Below, piece by piece: positions 34,330 through 46,370 of a stretch of 64,000 nucleotides of DNA (position 1 is its first letter; the number at the start of each line of letters is the position of its first letter). This DNA comes from Felis catus (lineage: Eukaryota). The stretch covers positions 113,214,001 through 113,278,000 of the forward strand of contig NC_058368.1 of the NCBI RefSeq assembly GCF_018350175.1, in the 5' to 3' direction. A program made the translations under genes and the position numbers. Below the pieces are notes generated by a model. The model ran no database searches. It was not told the DNA's origin and worked only from the letters and a program-made list of their open reading frames with translations.

Positions 34330-36960
34330 ACATATACTGGGACATGATTACGACTCTAAGTTTACTTAACATCCATCATCTCAATGATTCAAAAAAAAAA
34401 GATGTGTTTCCTTTGTGATGAGAACGCTTAGGATTTACTATTAACAACTTTCCTATGTACCACACAGCAAAGTTGACTAGAGTCCTCATGCTGTACATTA
34501 AATTCCTAGCACTTACATGCCTTTGAACTGGAAGTTTGTACCTTTTGATCACCTTTCTCCAGTCCCCCCGCCCCAACTCCCTACCGCTGGGGATTACCAG
34601 CCTGATGTCTTTTTCTATGAGTTTTTGTTGTAAACTTTTTTGGTTTATTTTTAGAGAGAGAGAGAACGTGTGTATACGTGAACAGGGGAAGGGCAGAGAC
34701 AGTGTGGAGCCCACTTCAGCCTCTGACAACAGAGAACCCAGTGTGGGGCTGGAACTCACGGAATCAGAAGATCATGACCTGAGCCAAAGACGCTTAACCG
34801 ACTGAGCCACCCCGGTGCCCCGGAGATTTTTAGATTCCACAGATAGGTGAGATCATACAGTATTTGTCTGACTTACTTCACTTAGCATAATTTCTTCAGG
34901 GTCCATCTGTGTTGTCACAATGGGCAAGACTTCCTTCTCTTATGGTATACAATATTCTATTGTGTATACACACGCACCAATAATGTCTTTATTCAGTAAT
35001 CTGTTGATGGACACTTCTGTTGTTTCTGTACCTTGGCTACTATAAATAATGCTGAAGTGAACATAAGGGTACATATATCTCTTCGACAGAATGTCATTTC
35101 CTTGGGATATATTCTGAGAAGTTGAATTGCTGGATTGTATGGCAGTACTATTTTAAAATTTTTCATGAACCTCCATACTGCTTTCCCTAGCGGCTGGACC
35201 AATTTACATTCCCACCATCAGCGCACAATGCTTCCCTTTCTCCATGTCCTTACTAGCACTTGTTGTGTCTGGTCATTTTGATGACAGCCATTCTAACAGG
35301 TGTGAAGTGATATCTCACTGTGGTTTCGATAAGCATTTCCCTGATGATTAATAACGTTGAGCATCTTTTCAGGTACCTGTTGGCCATCTGTATGTTTTCT
35401 TTAGGATGAAGTCTATTTAGATCTTCTACCCACCTTTAAATCAGGTTTTTGCTTTTGGTTTTGCTACTGAGTTGAGTTCTTTATACATTTTGGGTATTAA
35501 TCCCTTATCAGATATATGGTTTGCAAATGTTATTCCTCATTCTGTAGGTTTTCTGATAATTTCGCTGTGCAGAAGCTTTTAAGTTTGACGTAGTCCCACT
35601 TTTTTTTTAATTTAGTGGCTCGTGCTTCAGGTGTCCTATAAAAAATATCATTGCTGAGGCTCATGTCAAGAAGCTTTTTCCCCTATGTTTTCTTCTAGGA
35701 GCTTTATGGTTTCCAGTCTTGCATTTAAGTCTTTAATCCATTTTGAGTTAATTTTTGTGAGGGGTATAAAATAGACATCTAGTTTCAGTCTTTTACATGT
35801 TAATATTCAATCTCCCAAGCACCGTTTATTAAAGAGACTAATAGTAGACCTATGTACTTGTGTTTATTTTTGGTTCCCTTGATCTTTGTGTCTGTTATTA
35901 TGCCATCATGCTGCTTTGATGATTACAGCTTCATAATATAGCTTGCAATCAGCAAGTGTAATGTCTCCTACTTTGTTCTTAGGATTGCTTTGGCTATCTG
36001 GGGTCTTTTGTGATTCCATATGAATTTTAGGATTGTTATTTCTATCTCTGCAGAACATACCAGTGGACTTTTGATAGGGATAGCAATTAAATTGTAGATG
36101 GTTTTGGGTGATATGGACATTTTAACCATATTAATTCTTCCACTCCATGAACATGGGATTCCTTTCCATTTATTTGTGTTGTCTTTGATTTCTTTCATCA
36201 GCGTCATATAGTTTGCAGTATATACATCTTTCACCTCCTTGGCTGAAACATATCTGCAAACAAGGAAAATTGTACTTCTTTCCAACTTGGATGTCTTTTG
36301 TTTCTTTTTCTTGACTGACTGTGCTGCATAGGACTTCCAGTAGTATGTTGAATAGGAGTGGTAAGAGTGTCCACTTTGTCTCGTTTCTGATATTAGAGAA
36401 AAAGATTTCAACCTTTCACTGTTGAATATGATGTTGGTTGTCTTATGTGGCATTTATTATGTTGAGGTTTGTTCCTTTTATACCTAATTTGTGGAGAGTT
36501 TTTAAAAACCATGAATGGATGCTGGATTTTGTCAAGTGAATTTTCTGCATCTATTCAGATATCACCTTGTCTTAATATATCATATTGGTTGATTTGTGTA
36601 TTTTGAACCATCCTTGCATTGCAGCATTAAATCCCATTTGATCCTTTTAATGCACTGTTGAATTTGGTTTACTAGTATTTTATTGGGAACTTTTGTATGT
36701 GCATTTAAGATACTGGCCTGTTTTTTTCTTGTAGGGTCCTTTCTGATTTTGCCATTGGGAGAATGCTGGCCTCAAAAATGAGCTTGGGAGTGTTTCCTCT
36801 TCTTTGATCTTTTTTGGAAGAGTTGAAGAAGGTGTGGTGGTGTTAATTCTTTAAATGTTCACTAAAATTCACCAGTGAAGCCATTTGGTCCTGGGCTTTT
36901 CTTTTTGGGGATATTTTTGATTAGTAATTCAATCTCCTTGCTAGTAACTGGGATATTGTT
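34330..36960 (-). mobile_element. L1MA9-like 3' portion in the SPOCK1 intron upstream of the 138-nt exon, sense to the gene; contains a Can-SINE at ~34636-34821
   Basis: ORFs 34993..35202 and 35968..36453 translate to L1 ORF2 C-terminal motifs ([35 protein letters not shown]). Confidence 0.9.
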
Positions 36961-37328
36961 TTCCTGGAGTAAATACTACTTGGCCATGACACATTGTTAT
37001 TGGAATACTACTGACTGAATTTACTGATCCTTTTGCATCTGTGTTACTGGGTGATTCACTAAGTGATAAAACTATATGCCTCTATTTCTCCTACCTTTTT
37101 TATCACGGCACCCAATTCATGAAATGATTCAGGTGTTTTTCTTTGCCTCCTCTAGACATTTTGAATACATTTTCTTCTGTGAAAGACTTTTTTGGGGGGC
37201 GGTGAGGTTAGCATTTTGATTTTCATGAATTTCATGGTTTTTCATACAGGTGGGTCTTCTGTTTCTCTTCCGTAACTCACAATACTTGTTTCAACAAGGT
37301 TTTCAAGATTCTGTAAGTTGGCTTATAG

Positions 37329-37493
37329 CAGTGGTTGTCAAAGTGTGGTCCCAGGACCAGCACCTGCATCGTTACCGGGAAACATCTTAGAAAAGCATGT
37401 ACTTGGGCCCTATCCCACCCAGATCTACTGAATGAGAAACTGTGCTTTAGTAAACACTCCAAGTGATTCCAATACATGCTGAAGTTTTCTACT
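37329..37493 (+). mobile_element. MER5A
   Basis: cagtggttgtcaaagtgtggtcccaggaccagc...ccagatctactgaatgagaaact. Confidence 0.85.
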
Positions 37494-39231
37494 TTAGTCT
37501 TGGTCATTTTTTGACTTGAAAAGTTAGTGTTTGTTCTTTCATAAATGCATTTGAAGCTGTGAATATTCCTCTAAGTTTTTAGTTGCTTCCCTCTGATTTT
37601 GGCCCACAAACCTCATTTTCATTCAATCCTAAAAGTAGTTTTAATTTCACTTTTGATTATTTATACTCCACGATGTATGGTCTATTTTGTTTTTAATTTG
37701 AATGCCCGTGAAAACACCTTAGGAGATATCCCCATGCAGGAAATGATGTGTAAGAAGGTCAATGGTATTTTTATGAGTCAGCCAGAGTAATCTCTCTATG
37801 TGGGGAGATGTGATAAAGCAAGCTTGAAAACTAGGTGAGATTCAAGGTAGGACAAAGGTAGGCGTTTCATTGGTGTGAGCTAGGGAAAATGGAAGATGAG
37901 ACGTTTTATCTCAGACTACATGCCTTATAAATGTCTCATTCGTTATTAATGAAGCGGTAAGAAGATATGCATAGCCAATGAAAATAAAATTTAAAAACTA
38001 GATTTATACTAATTCTTTAACTACCTGTGGACCTTAGGCATATCACTCAAACGCCTGAATAACCTCCTACATGGAGAAATCAGATTAGTGAGCACAAGCC
38101 CTTGCACTAGACAGACCTATGGAAGTTGCCTTCAGATCAGAATGATACCTCTGTCTTTTTAGAACCTAGGTCCACATAGGTCAAAGTCACAACTTTGGGG
38201 TTCTTCCTGAGTCGAACGGGGCATTATCAGAAGTGGGAGGTCTGAGGCAACCCAAAAATCGGTAAAGGAGAAACTACCTGAGTTCACGGACTACTTAGAC
38301 AATCTGTAAAAACAAAATAAAACAAAGCAAAAAAACTTGCCCATTTTCTTCAAGTACACAGGTGCATGTTTGAAATGGCAAGCCGCTTAAGGGATGCACC
38401 TGCTTCTTAATACTTAACAAGAAAAATTGTGAATTACTGTATATTGTATTGCTGCTGTCAGCTCTCTTTTTAAAAAGCAAGTAAACCAACCCAGACTCCT
38501 TTTTTGACAAATAAATGAGGTTTACCGGTCTTTGCAATGGCCTGGTCTGAATGCCATGACCACCCCTTAGTGCTGGAGAAAGAGGATATGCAGCTGAAAG
38601 GGAACACTTCAACAAGCCAGCATTTGTTACCTTTACCTCCAGCCACAGACGGGCATGTCAGGGAAAAGCACAGTTAACATTCAGACAGAGAGGAGAAATG
38701 GGCACTATTTAAACAGATTTATGCTTTCCTCCAGGGATTATTATGCACATGAATCCAAAAAACACATTTAAGCACACCCAAGCCTTTGAACCCGATCTGA
38801 TAAATATAGAAGAGGCTACAGCTCATCTTCTTCCCTGAATGGACAATTTGGTCTGGGGAATCATTCATAGACGTTACCGCTTGCACTAGGAAGGAACACT
38901 TTCATGCTCCATTCAAGAGAGATTCTTGAGAGAAGAGAAAGCCGAGGTTTACTGGAGCCCCAAGTTAGGGAGGAGCGGGCAGTAGAGACGGTGTTGGATT
39001 CCCACCCTTGCAGCCCTGCCCACTATTCCTGGGCTAATGGACTAGGCAGCATTTCTCAAACAGCTCACCTATCCTCAGACTACGTCCAGCCAGCTGTCTG
39101 GGGATGAAACGAGGCATTTCTTTCAGGAAACACTGTTACCTAATGGAATAACCATTGCTGTGGCTCAACATTACACGAGACATGGTTGGTTTAATTAGTT
39201 GTTCAAACGAGTGACAAGAAATTGTACTTAC

Positions 39232-39294
39232 CCAACAGGCTCTTCCCCTTGCTCAGCTTCTGGATCCTGTTCATTTCATTCTGGCAAGGGAGAC
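39232..39294 (-). CDS. SPOCK1: SPOCK1 coding exon (probably exon 9, 63 nt), start of the thyroglobulin type-1 domain
   Basis: ttttccag|GT CTC CCT TGC...CTG TTG G|gtaagt. Translation (G)LPCQNEMNRIQKLSKGKSLL(G). Confidence 0.96.
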
Positions 39295-40741
39295 CTGGAA
39301 AATAATTTATGAAAGTCAGTTTCCAGATGGTGCGGGACATAATCTCTAATGATTGGCTTCACTCATGAAGTGAAATGTACACAATGACACACCTGGGACT
39401 GGAATGACTCCATATGCTGTTATTAAACAGCACAACAAATTCAGGCCATTAGTGTTACTAATCAAAAAAAAAAAAAAAAAAAAAAAACCCTTACATCATG
39501 AGGTACTTAAATAGTATTTGGGGGCTACTTGCATTGTATAGTAATTGTTCTTCCTGCCACCAACTCAGGCAAATGCCAAGTGCTTCTAGGTGATCTGGTA
39601 ATAGACATTTTAATCAGCTGAGAACAAGGATCACAGCATCCTCGTGGTTAAGTGTTCCGAATCCACAGACGGGAGCAACTCACCAATACTTAATCTAACC
39701 CAGGTCTTGCTACAGGAGAGAAAGAGGATGAGAATAGCTACTTCAGACTTACGTAGGCCTCAAGGAACAACTGTAAAATTATACAAACTTTGAAGCTATG
39801 TAAGAGAGAGAGAGTAGCAGTGAGAATAGAAAAGTGAAACGTTAACTCTCAGCCTCCAAGTCCTCAATTATAAAACACCTGTTGCCATGAATGAGCACAA
39901 AACTCAGTTCTCAAGGGAAGGACTGATAGAGTGGGAGCTGCATGGCCAATGAGGGCCTATGACAGTGTGCAGTTCTGTCTCCCAAGAGAAGAACTTATTC
40001 CATTCCAAGCCTAAAGAAAGATGGTTTCACCAGTTCTTGAGTCGCCGTGACTTGCCTTGGCAGACCGCGTGGCTCTGGAAGACTCTGATACGTGCTCATG
40101 GGCCTCGAGCCAAGGGCAGAAGTATTCTGAGTCTCAGAACATTTACTACAGGCCCCAGACTTGTTTGGACAGAAGTAGCGTAAGTACCTGACCACCTTCT
40201 TAACATCTTTTACCCTGTGGAGTGCACGATGCCACCCGGTCTCGTTGCTGGTTCCTTAAGAAAAACTAATACGCTTTATTCGCCCCTGGGTTTAAGGTGC
40301 TTTCAGAGTGCAGGAGAAAGATACCAACTGAAAACAACAAAGAAAAAGGGAAACAGATTCCATGTTTGATGAAGTAAAGCATTTACTATGACAAATAAGG
40401 GGCACTTAATGAATTCTTAGAATGTACCAGACAAGGTTCTAGAATTTTGTCTTCATCTTTACAACAATCCCATAAAGTAGGGACCAATATTCTTCCTATT
40501 TTACCACCAGAATGCAAAAGTCGCCCACATTCATAGAAACACTGTGTCAGGGAGTTCCTCAAATGGTCCGATGGTAATTGTAAAAATTTTACTTCTCTTC
40601 CAGCAAGGAAACATGAATCAGGCTGAGACCTACTAAAAAGTACTGCAAGAAAACCCAACTCCACATGAAGAATTCTAACAGAAAACGCTGACTTCTGAGC
40701 AAATGAAAATAGTTACCCAAGACTTAAGTAGTCAAGGGTTC

Positions 40742-40968
40742 TTTTTTTTTTTTTAATTTTTTTTTTTCAACTTTTATTTATTTTTGGGACAGAGAAAGAC
40801 AGAGCATGAACGGGGGAGGGGCAGAGAGAGGGAGACACAGAATCAGAAACAGGCTCCAGGCTCTGAGCCATCAGCCCAGAGCCCAACGCGGGGCTCGAAC
40901 TCACGGACCGCGAGATCGTGACCTGGCTGAAGTCGGACGCTTAACCGACTGCGCCACCGAGGCGCCCC
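40742..40968 (-). mobile_element. Young Can-SINE, followed by a short + strand SINE remnant at ~40996-41105
   Basis: TSD caagggttct. Confidence 0.94.
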
Positions 40969-41319
40969 ACAAGGGTTCTAATGAAAAAGACACTTGGGGC
41001 GCCTCAGTCTGTTAAGGGTCTGACTCTCGATCTCAGCTCATGTCTGTTGCGGCCCCTCACTGGGCTCCATGCTGGGTGTAGAGTCCACTTGAAAAAAAAA
41101 AAAAGAATCACCACACAAAAAGGACACTCCAGTTCAATGCAGATACAAAGGCTCAAAGACATAAGCGACACAGAAGAAAATTAAACACTTAAATAAAGGA
41201 AGGCTGTATCTGAAGCAACAAAACTGATGTGCAACATGTATATAACTGATGCTCCTGAGCAGAGACTAATCAAATGGAACCAAATGTTTTAATTCCAGAG
41301 CTCAAAAATGCATGACATA

Positions 41320-41542
41320 GGGGTGCCTGGGTGGCTCAGTCGGTAAGCATCCGACTTCAGCTCAGGTCATGATCTCACGGTTCGTGAGTTCAAGCCCCGC
41401 ATCAGGCTCTGTGCTGACAGCTCAGAGCCTGGAGCCTGCTTCGAATTCTGTGTCTCCCTCTCTCTCTGCCCCATCCCCATTCATGCTCTGTCTCTCTCTG
41501 TCTTAAAAAAATAAATAAAATATTTAAAAAAAATTTAAAAAA
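41320..41542 (+). mobile_element. Can-SINE
   Basis: TSD tgcatgacatagg at 41309-41321 and 41544-41556. Confidence 0.94.
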
Positions 41543-42151
41543 GTGCATGACATAGGAAAGTGTTACGGACTGAGCAAAACTAAGACATGTCCTAGGAAAT
41601 TCATGTCCTTAAAGGGAAACAAAAATTAGTATGGGTTCATATTATTCTATAGCTAAACCCAGTACTAGGAGAGTAAGTTTAATCTTGGCATCTTTGTTTC
41701 TGTATAAAGAAAATACCAATATTTACAGATACTCAAGTGCTAACTCAAGGAATACAATTCCAGTGAGAATTTTTGAAGAAACTTCAAAAACTCAAACGTA
41801 ATACTAAAGAAAAATATCGAAACCAGTCAATAAATAATCCTACCATATGGAAAATTTTAAAGTGCTCTCTCAAAATTTTCTTGGACCGAAGAGGCATTTA
41901 GAGCCTTTATTGTAGGACATCTACACATTAATCATAGTAAAAAAAAAAAAAATCCTCACATACCTAATACCTATGGTCTATAGCTAAAAGGGTGCTTTGG
42001 AGAAAACTTTTAGCCTTGAGTACATGCACTAATCAAAAGGAAATGAGGAAATGGGGAGGTCAAACAGAACTCCCAGGGCTGGTTCTGGGTCATGGAGGAA
42101 GGTGGTAGAAATCCAACAAAAATAAAGAACCTAACTTAAGAAAAGGAGAGA

Positions 42152-42340
42152 GGCGCACCTGGGTGGATCAGTTAAGCATCTGACTCTTGATTTTGGCTCA
42201 GGTCATGATCTCAGTGTTGTGAGATCAAGCCCCATATAGGGCTCTGTGCTGGGTGTGGAACCTGCTTGGAATTCTCTCTCTCCCTGTCCCTTCCCCACCT
42301 GCCACTCTGTTTCTCTCTCTCCCACAAAAAATAAAGAAAT
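42152..42340 (+). mobile_element. Older Can-SINE
   Basis: Head ggcgcacctgggtggatcagttaagc, (CT)n and A-rich tail. Confidence 0.85.
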
Positions 42341-43044
42341 AATGAGAGAAATACACAAAATGAGTAACAAAAAAAAAAAATGAACTATAACAAAATGACT
42401 TCTGTTGTAATTTGATCAACTTCTCCTGGATACCATAATGTGCCACATAATGGGGTTCTGGCCTCCTTCAGCAGTTGCTGAAAGGGCAGCACATCCAGAG
42501 ACATCCACACGGCGTGGTGACCAGCTCTGTCCCTTGATAAAGGCAGTAACCTCACACTCAGGGTCCTGGCATTACACCTCCAAGAAGCACTAACACGGAG
42601 GCTTTGCTTACTTAGGCTAAGCCTGAACCCTGGCTGAAGGTTACATGATTTTATATGGACTCAAGCCCAAAGCTATCATTAAACTTAGAACTCAATCACT
42701 CCAAGTATTTCTATTAAAGTAAGAACATGGCTATTATTTAACACAAATTTGAAGTATTAGCTGATGTGATTAGAAAAGAGAGAGGAGGTATAAAAAGAAA
42801 AAAGAAAAAATTATCACTATTTGCAGAGGTTATGATTGCACACCTCAAAAATCAAAGGAAACCAAGCAGAATAATTATTATAAACAAAATGAGAATTTAG
42901 TAAGGTGGGTGCGAACAAGATTAATACTGAAACCACCAGCAGTGAGGAACTATAATGGGAAAAAAAATCAATTTCCTTTACAAGGGCAATAAATAGACAG
43001 GAAATACAGTATCTATGAGAACAAAACTTAAAAATGTAACTCTA

Positions 43045-43229
43045 GGGGCACCTGGATGGCTCAATTAGGCGTCTTGATTTTGGCTCAGGTCATGATCTCA
43101 CAGTTTTTGGGTTCGAGCCCTGCTATGGGTTCTGTGCTGACATTGCAGAGCCCTCTTGGAATTCTCTCTGCCCCTCCCCCACATGGGTGCGCACGCTCTC
43201 TCTCGCTCTAATAAAAACCATTAAAAAAA
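43045..43229 (+). mobile_element. Older Can-SINE within old + strand L1 fragments (~41650-44180)
   Basis: Head ggggcacctggatggctc; TSD-like aaat(g/a)taactc. Confidence 0.85.
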
Positions 43230-44194
43230 TATAACTCCATTGGTTGATAGATGCTGTTCTACAATAAAAGGATTCTAGATGGAAGAAGAGACGTATAAAT
43301 ATAAAGAAGTATTATATACAATAGAGGAAGCATTCAGATGAGAGGAGGAGGATAGGTTAGTCAATACGTGACAAAAAGGTAACTGAACAGCCATTTCCAG
43401 GAGTGGGGATAGGGGCTGGGACCATCTCTGACCATACACCAAAAAAAACCAAAAGTGATACAAGATTTCAATAAACAACCAACCAACCAAAATGTGCTGA
43501 AGAAAACACAAACCCAAGAGAATCATGCACCTTCAAACACTGAAGGTATTTGGTACCTTTACCTAAGGTACCCAAAGGTATACGTTACCTTTCTAGACTT
43601 AACGTAAGCCTTATGGTTGCTAAAAAACCATACAAGATGGAGAAATTTTACACTCTTAAATTGAAAAATGTCTTCCAAAAAAAAATGGACCAAGTCAAAG
43701 TTGGGGAAAAATATATTTGCAATACATGTGACTTCCACAGTGCTAATGTCCTTCATTGAGAAAAAAAAAATTCCTAGAAACATAGCAAAAATGTACAAAA
43801 AATAGGAATTTCTCAAAAACGAAGGTGTTCAATCTAAGTTATAATAAGAGAAATGAAATGAGACCCATGAGGAAATGTAACAGCTTGTCCCTTAACTTGG
43901 CAGTGACCACAAGGTTTGGCTCCACCGTGGGGAACTAGGTATTCTTGGAGAGCGTAAACATGGGTACAACGTTTTTGGAAGGCAAATTGGAAATACGGCT
44001 TAAATTTAAAAATGCACCTGCCCTGTGACCAGTAATTCTTTTAGGAATGTCTCTTGTAATCCTGTAAACATGTACATGAATGTGACACGCCACGTGCCCT
44101 TTTTTAACGCCCACATTTTCTGCTCTGGGGGTGCACCGATTCTGAATACACGCAGGCATACACACATGTATGATTTAAATACTATAATACTCAT

Positions 44195-44555
44195 AACCAT
44201 CTCCCTTTCCTGGGCAGAGGTTCTGACAGCCATGCCTGCAGAGTGCCCATGATACCTGATTCAGGCAGAGGCATATTTTCCTGGGACTTGGGAATGGAAT
44301 TCAAATACAAGCCAGCGTCTGCTAGCTGTCGTGCGCCACACTTGGGCACAACCCCAGGAAGCTAAGACAGAAGAAGCAAAGCTAGACTATGTGGCTTCTC
44401 CAGCAGACTCAGGGCTCCTGCCCCTAGATTCCTGAGAGTCTGTAGGGGGCCTCTCTTGTCTGACTTTCCAACAAATTAGAGATACTCCTGTATTCTTTCC
44501 ACATATTCCTCAAATATTGCGTCTCTCTGGAGTTAGTGGGAGTTTATAACCGAAA
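44195..44555 (+). mobile_element. Possible ancient ERVL solo LTR (LTR33/LTR16-like)
   Basis: Motifs ttcctgggacttgggaat, ttcctgag and gatactcctgtattctttcc recalled from the LTR33 group; weak. Confidence 0.4.
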
Positions 44556-45044
44556 TCTCCTTGTCTACAAGATTCAGTATAAATCTGTATTTATCCCAGA
44601 GAAAAGGACAAGGGGCTTTCTCTAAGGGGAACATGGAGAACTCATGTGACAATGGGAATTATGATACTCTCACATTTGTACAGTATTTCTCACATTAAGG
44701 TTCTCACAGTGACCTTGGGAATTCTATAGCAAAGGTTCCGACACCCATTTTTGACAGATGAAAAAATCGAGGCACAATATGGTCAGGAGATCGTCCCAGA
44801 AGGTGACTGAAGTAATGGACTCTACCATTATCCTCTTGAATTTTCTGATATACCATGAGAAGAGTGGAAATAAAATAGAAGAAAAGAGCCTTTGGGTCTG
44901 CCATTATCAGATGAATGCTCTACTCTCTACTTGTGTTCTTCTGCCTGATCTCCACCCAGGGCTCTCCCCAGTATGTGATATGTGGGCCTTCCTTGCCCAG
45001 TGTGGCTGCCCTGAACTTGGGACCCCGCCTCTCTCCCGCCTTAC

Positions 45045-45266
45045 CTCCAGGCTTCTGGAAACAGTAGCACCACTCATTGTTGGAGAGCTTGCCATCCTTG
45101 AATGAGTCACAGGAGTTGAAGAGAGGTTTGATACAGGGCTCATACTTATCCAGGTAGATGGCATTGATCTCTGAGTGGTCAAGAAGGAGGTCATAGTTCA
45201 TATCTAACTTGTTAAACATCCAGCCCAGAGAGTCCTTGCAGATGGGCAGGATGCTGGTGTCAAATC
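45045..45266 (-). CDS. SPOCK1: SPOCK1 coding exon (probably exon 8, 222 nt), EF-hand EC domain
   Basis: ctctctgcag|GA TTT GAC...CCT GGA G|gtaag. Translation (R)FDTSILPICKDSLGWMFNKLDMNYDLLLDHSEINAIYLDKYEPCIKPLFNSCDSFKDGKLSNNEWCYCFQKPG; overlaps ORF 44920..45219. Confidence 0.98.
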
Positions 45267-46179
45267 CTGCAGAGAGAAGGGCACATCTCAGTGGCCACCC
45301 AGCCTAGATCTTCCCATCCCAAGAAGAGGCCCAGGGCCCACCCCACCTACAACCTCCCCTGAGACTATTTCCCTCCATGGGTGGGTCTCAGGGGCACACT
45401 ACTAGAAGATACTGTTGTTTGGGGGTTTTAAATAAGATAATTAAAAATGCTCTTAAACAGAAGTCAGCATCTGAGGAAAATACGTTACAAAGGGAACAAG
45501 TCCCCTGTACTAATTTATGTGTGATGTAAATAAGAATTTACATTTACTAGACTTGCTTAAAACAGGGTATGCCCAAAAGGAAGAGTACAAACATGGTGCG
45601 GAAAAGAAAAAACTTATAATTCTGCAAAGTATACTTTTATATTTAGGGGGGAAAATATGTGAAGAACCAAAACAAAAGAAACTATTGCAAAAAAAAGATG
45701 ATGGCAGTGAAATGAAACTATATAGCACAATCCAGAAGCACTGATTATGTCCCAGAGGACTGTTAAATCCAAGCCGTTTGAACATTAATGGGAAAACAAG
45801 CCAGGTACCTGCTTCTGTTCCCTATTCTTCTTTTCTGCAGTCCCCTCAAGAGATACATGATATGGAATCCAAATTGAGTCAGACAATAATTTCTTTCTTA
45901 TTTCCCTGGGGGAGGGGGGGTAGTTTTCTTAAAGAATTACTTGTTTCCACAATGGAAACTGTACGCCCTAGAATAATAACACTTTGCTTAACACTCAGGA
46001 TATTGAATCTACTGTAGACAACCCCCAGAGAAGGCATGCCCCAAATCTAAAATTGGTCTTTCTGTCAGAATCAAAAGCACTATGCAATTTCAAGTCATTC
46101 CATAAGCTGGATTTCTAGAAGTGGTTTCAGATTCCCAGGAAAAATTATGAAAAAAGTTCATTTTTGTGTAATTTAAGGT

Positions 46180-46370
46180 ATTCCTCTAAGCACCTTATTC
46201 TTAATCATCTCATTCAACCCTTCTAATAGGCCTATAAAATGGTATATCCTCTCTACTTTACAGATGGAAGAAAAAAAGCTCAAGGCTTAAGCTACTTGCT
46301 CAAGGTCATATAATTGTGGAGCTGGGCTTCAAACACAGGTGGCCCAGCCCTGAGTCTACATTCTCTGTCC
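46180..46370 (-). mobile_element. MIR
   Basis: ctttacagatggaagaaa...cttgctcaaggtcata...gagctgggcttcaaac. Confidence 0.7.

Noticed and set aside
41320..41400. tRNA-like A/B box sequences
   Set aside because: Heads of tRNA-derived SINEs, not tRNA genes.
42395..42645. Segment ending ggttaca, resembling an LTR terminus
   Set aside because: No second terminus or TSD could be established.
43550..43577. Short hairpin ggtacctt...aaggtacc
   Set aside because: An 8-bp stem is expected by chance in 64 kb.
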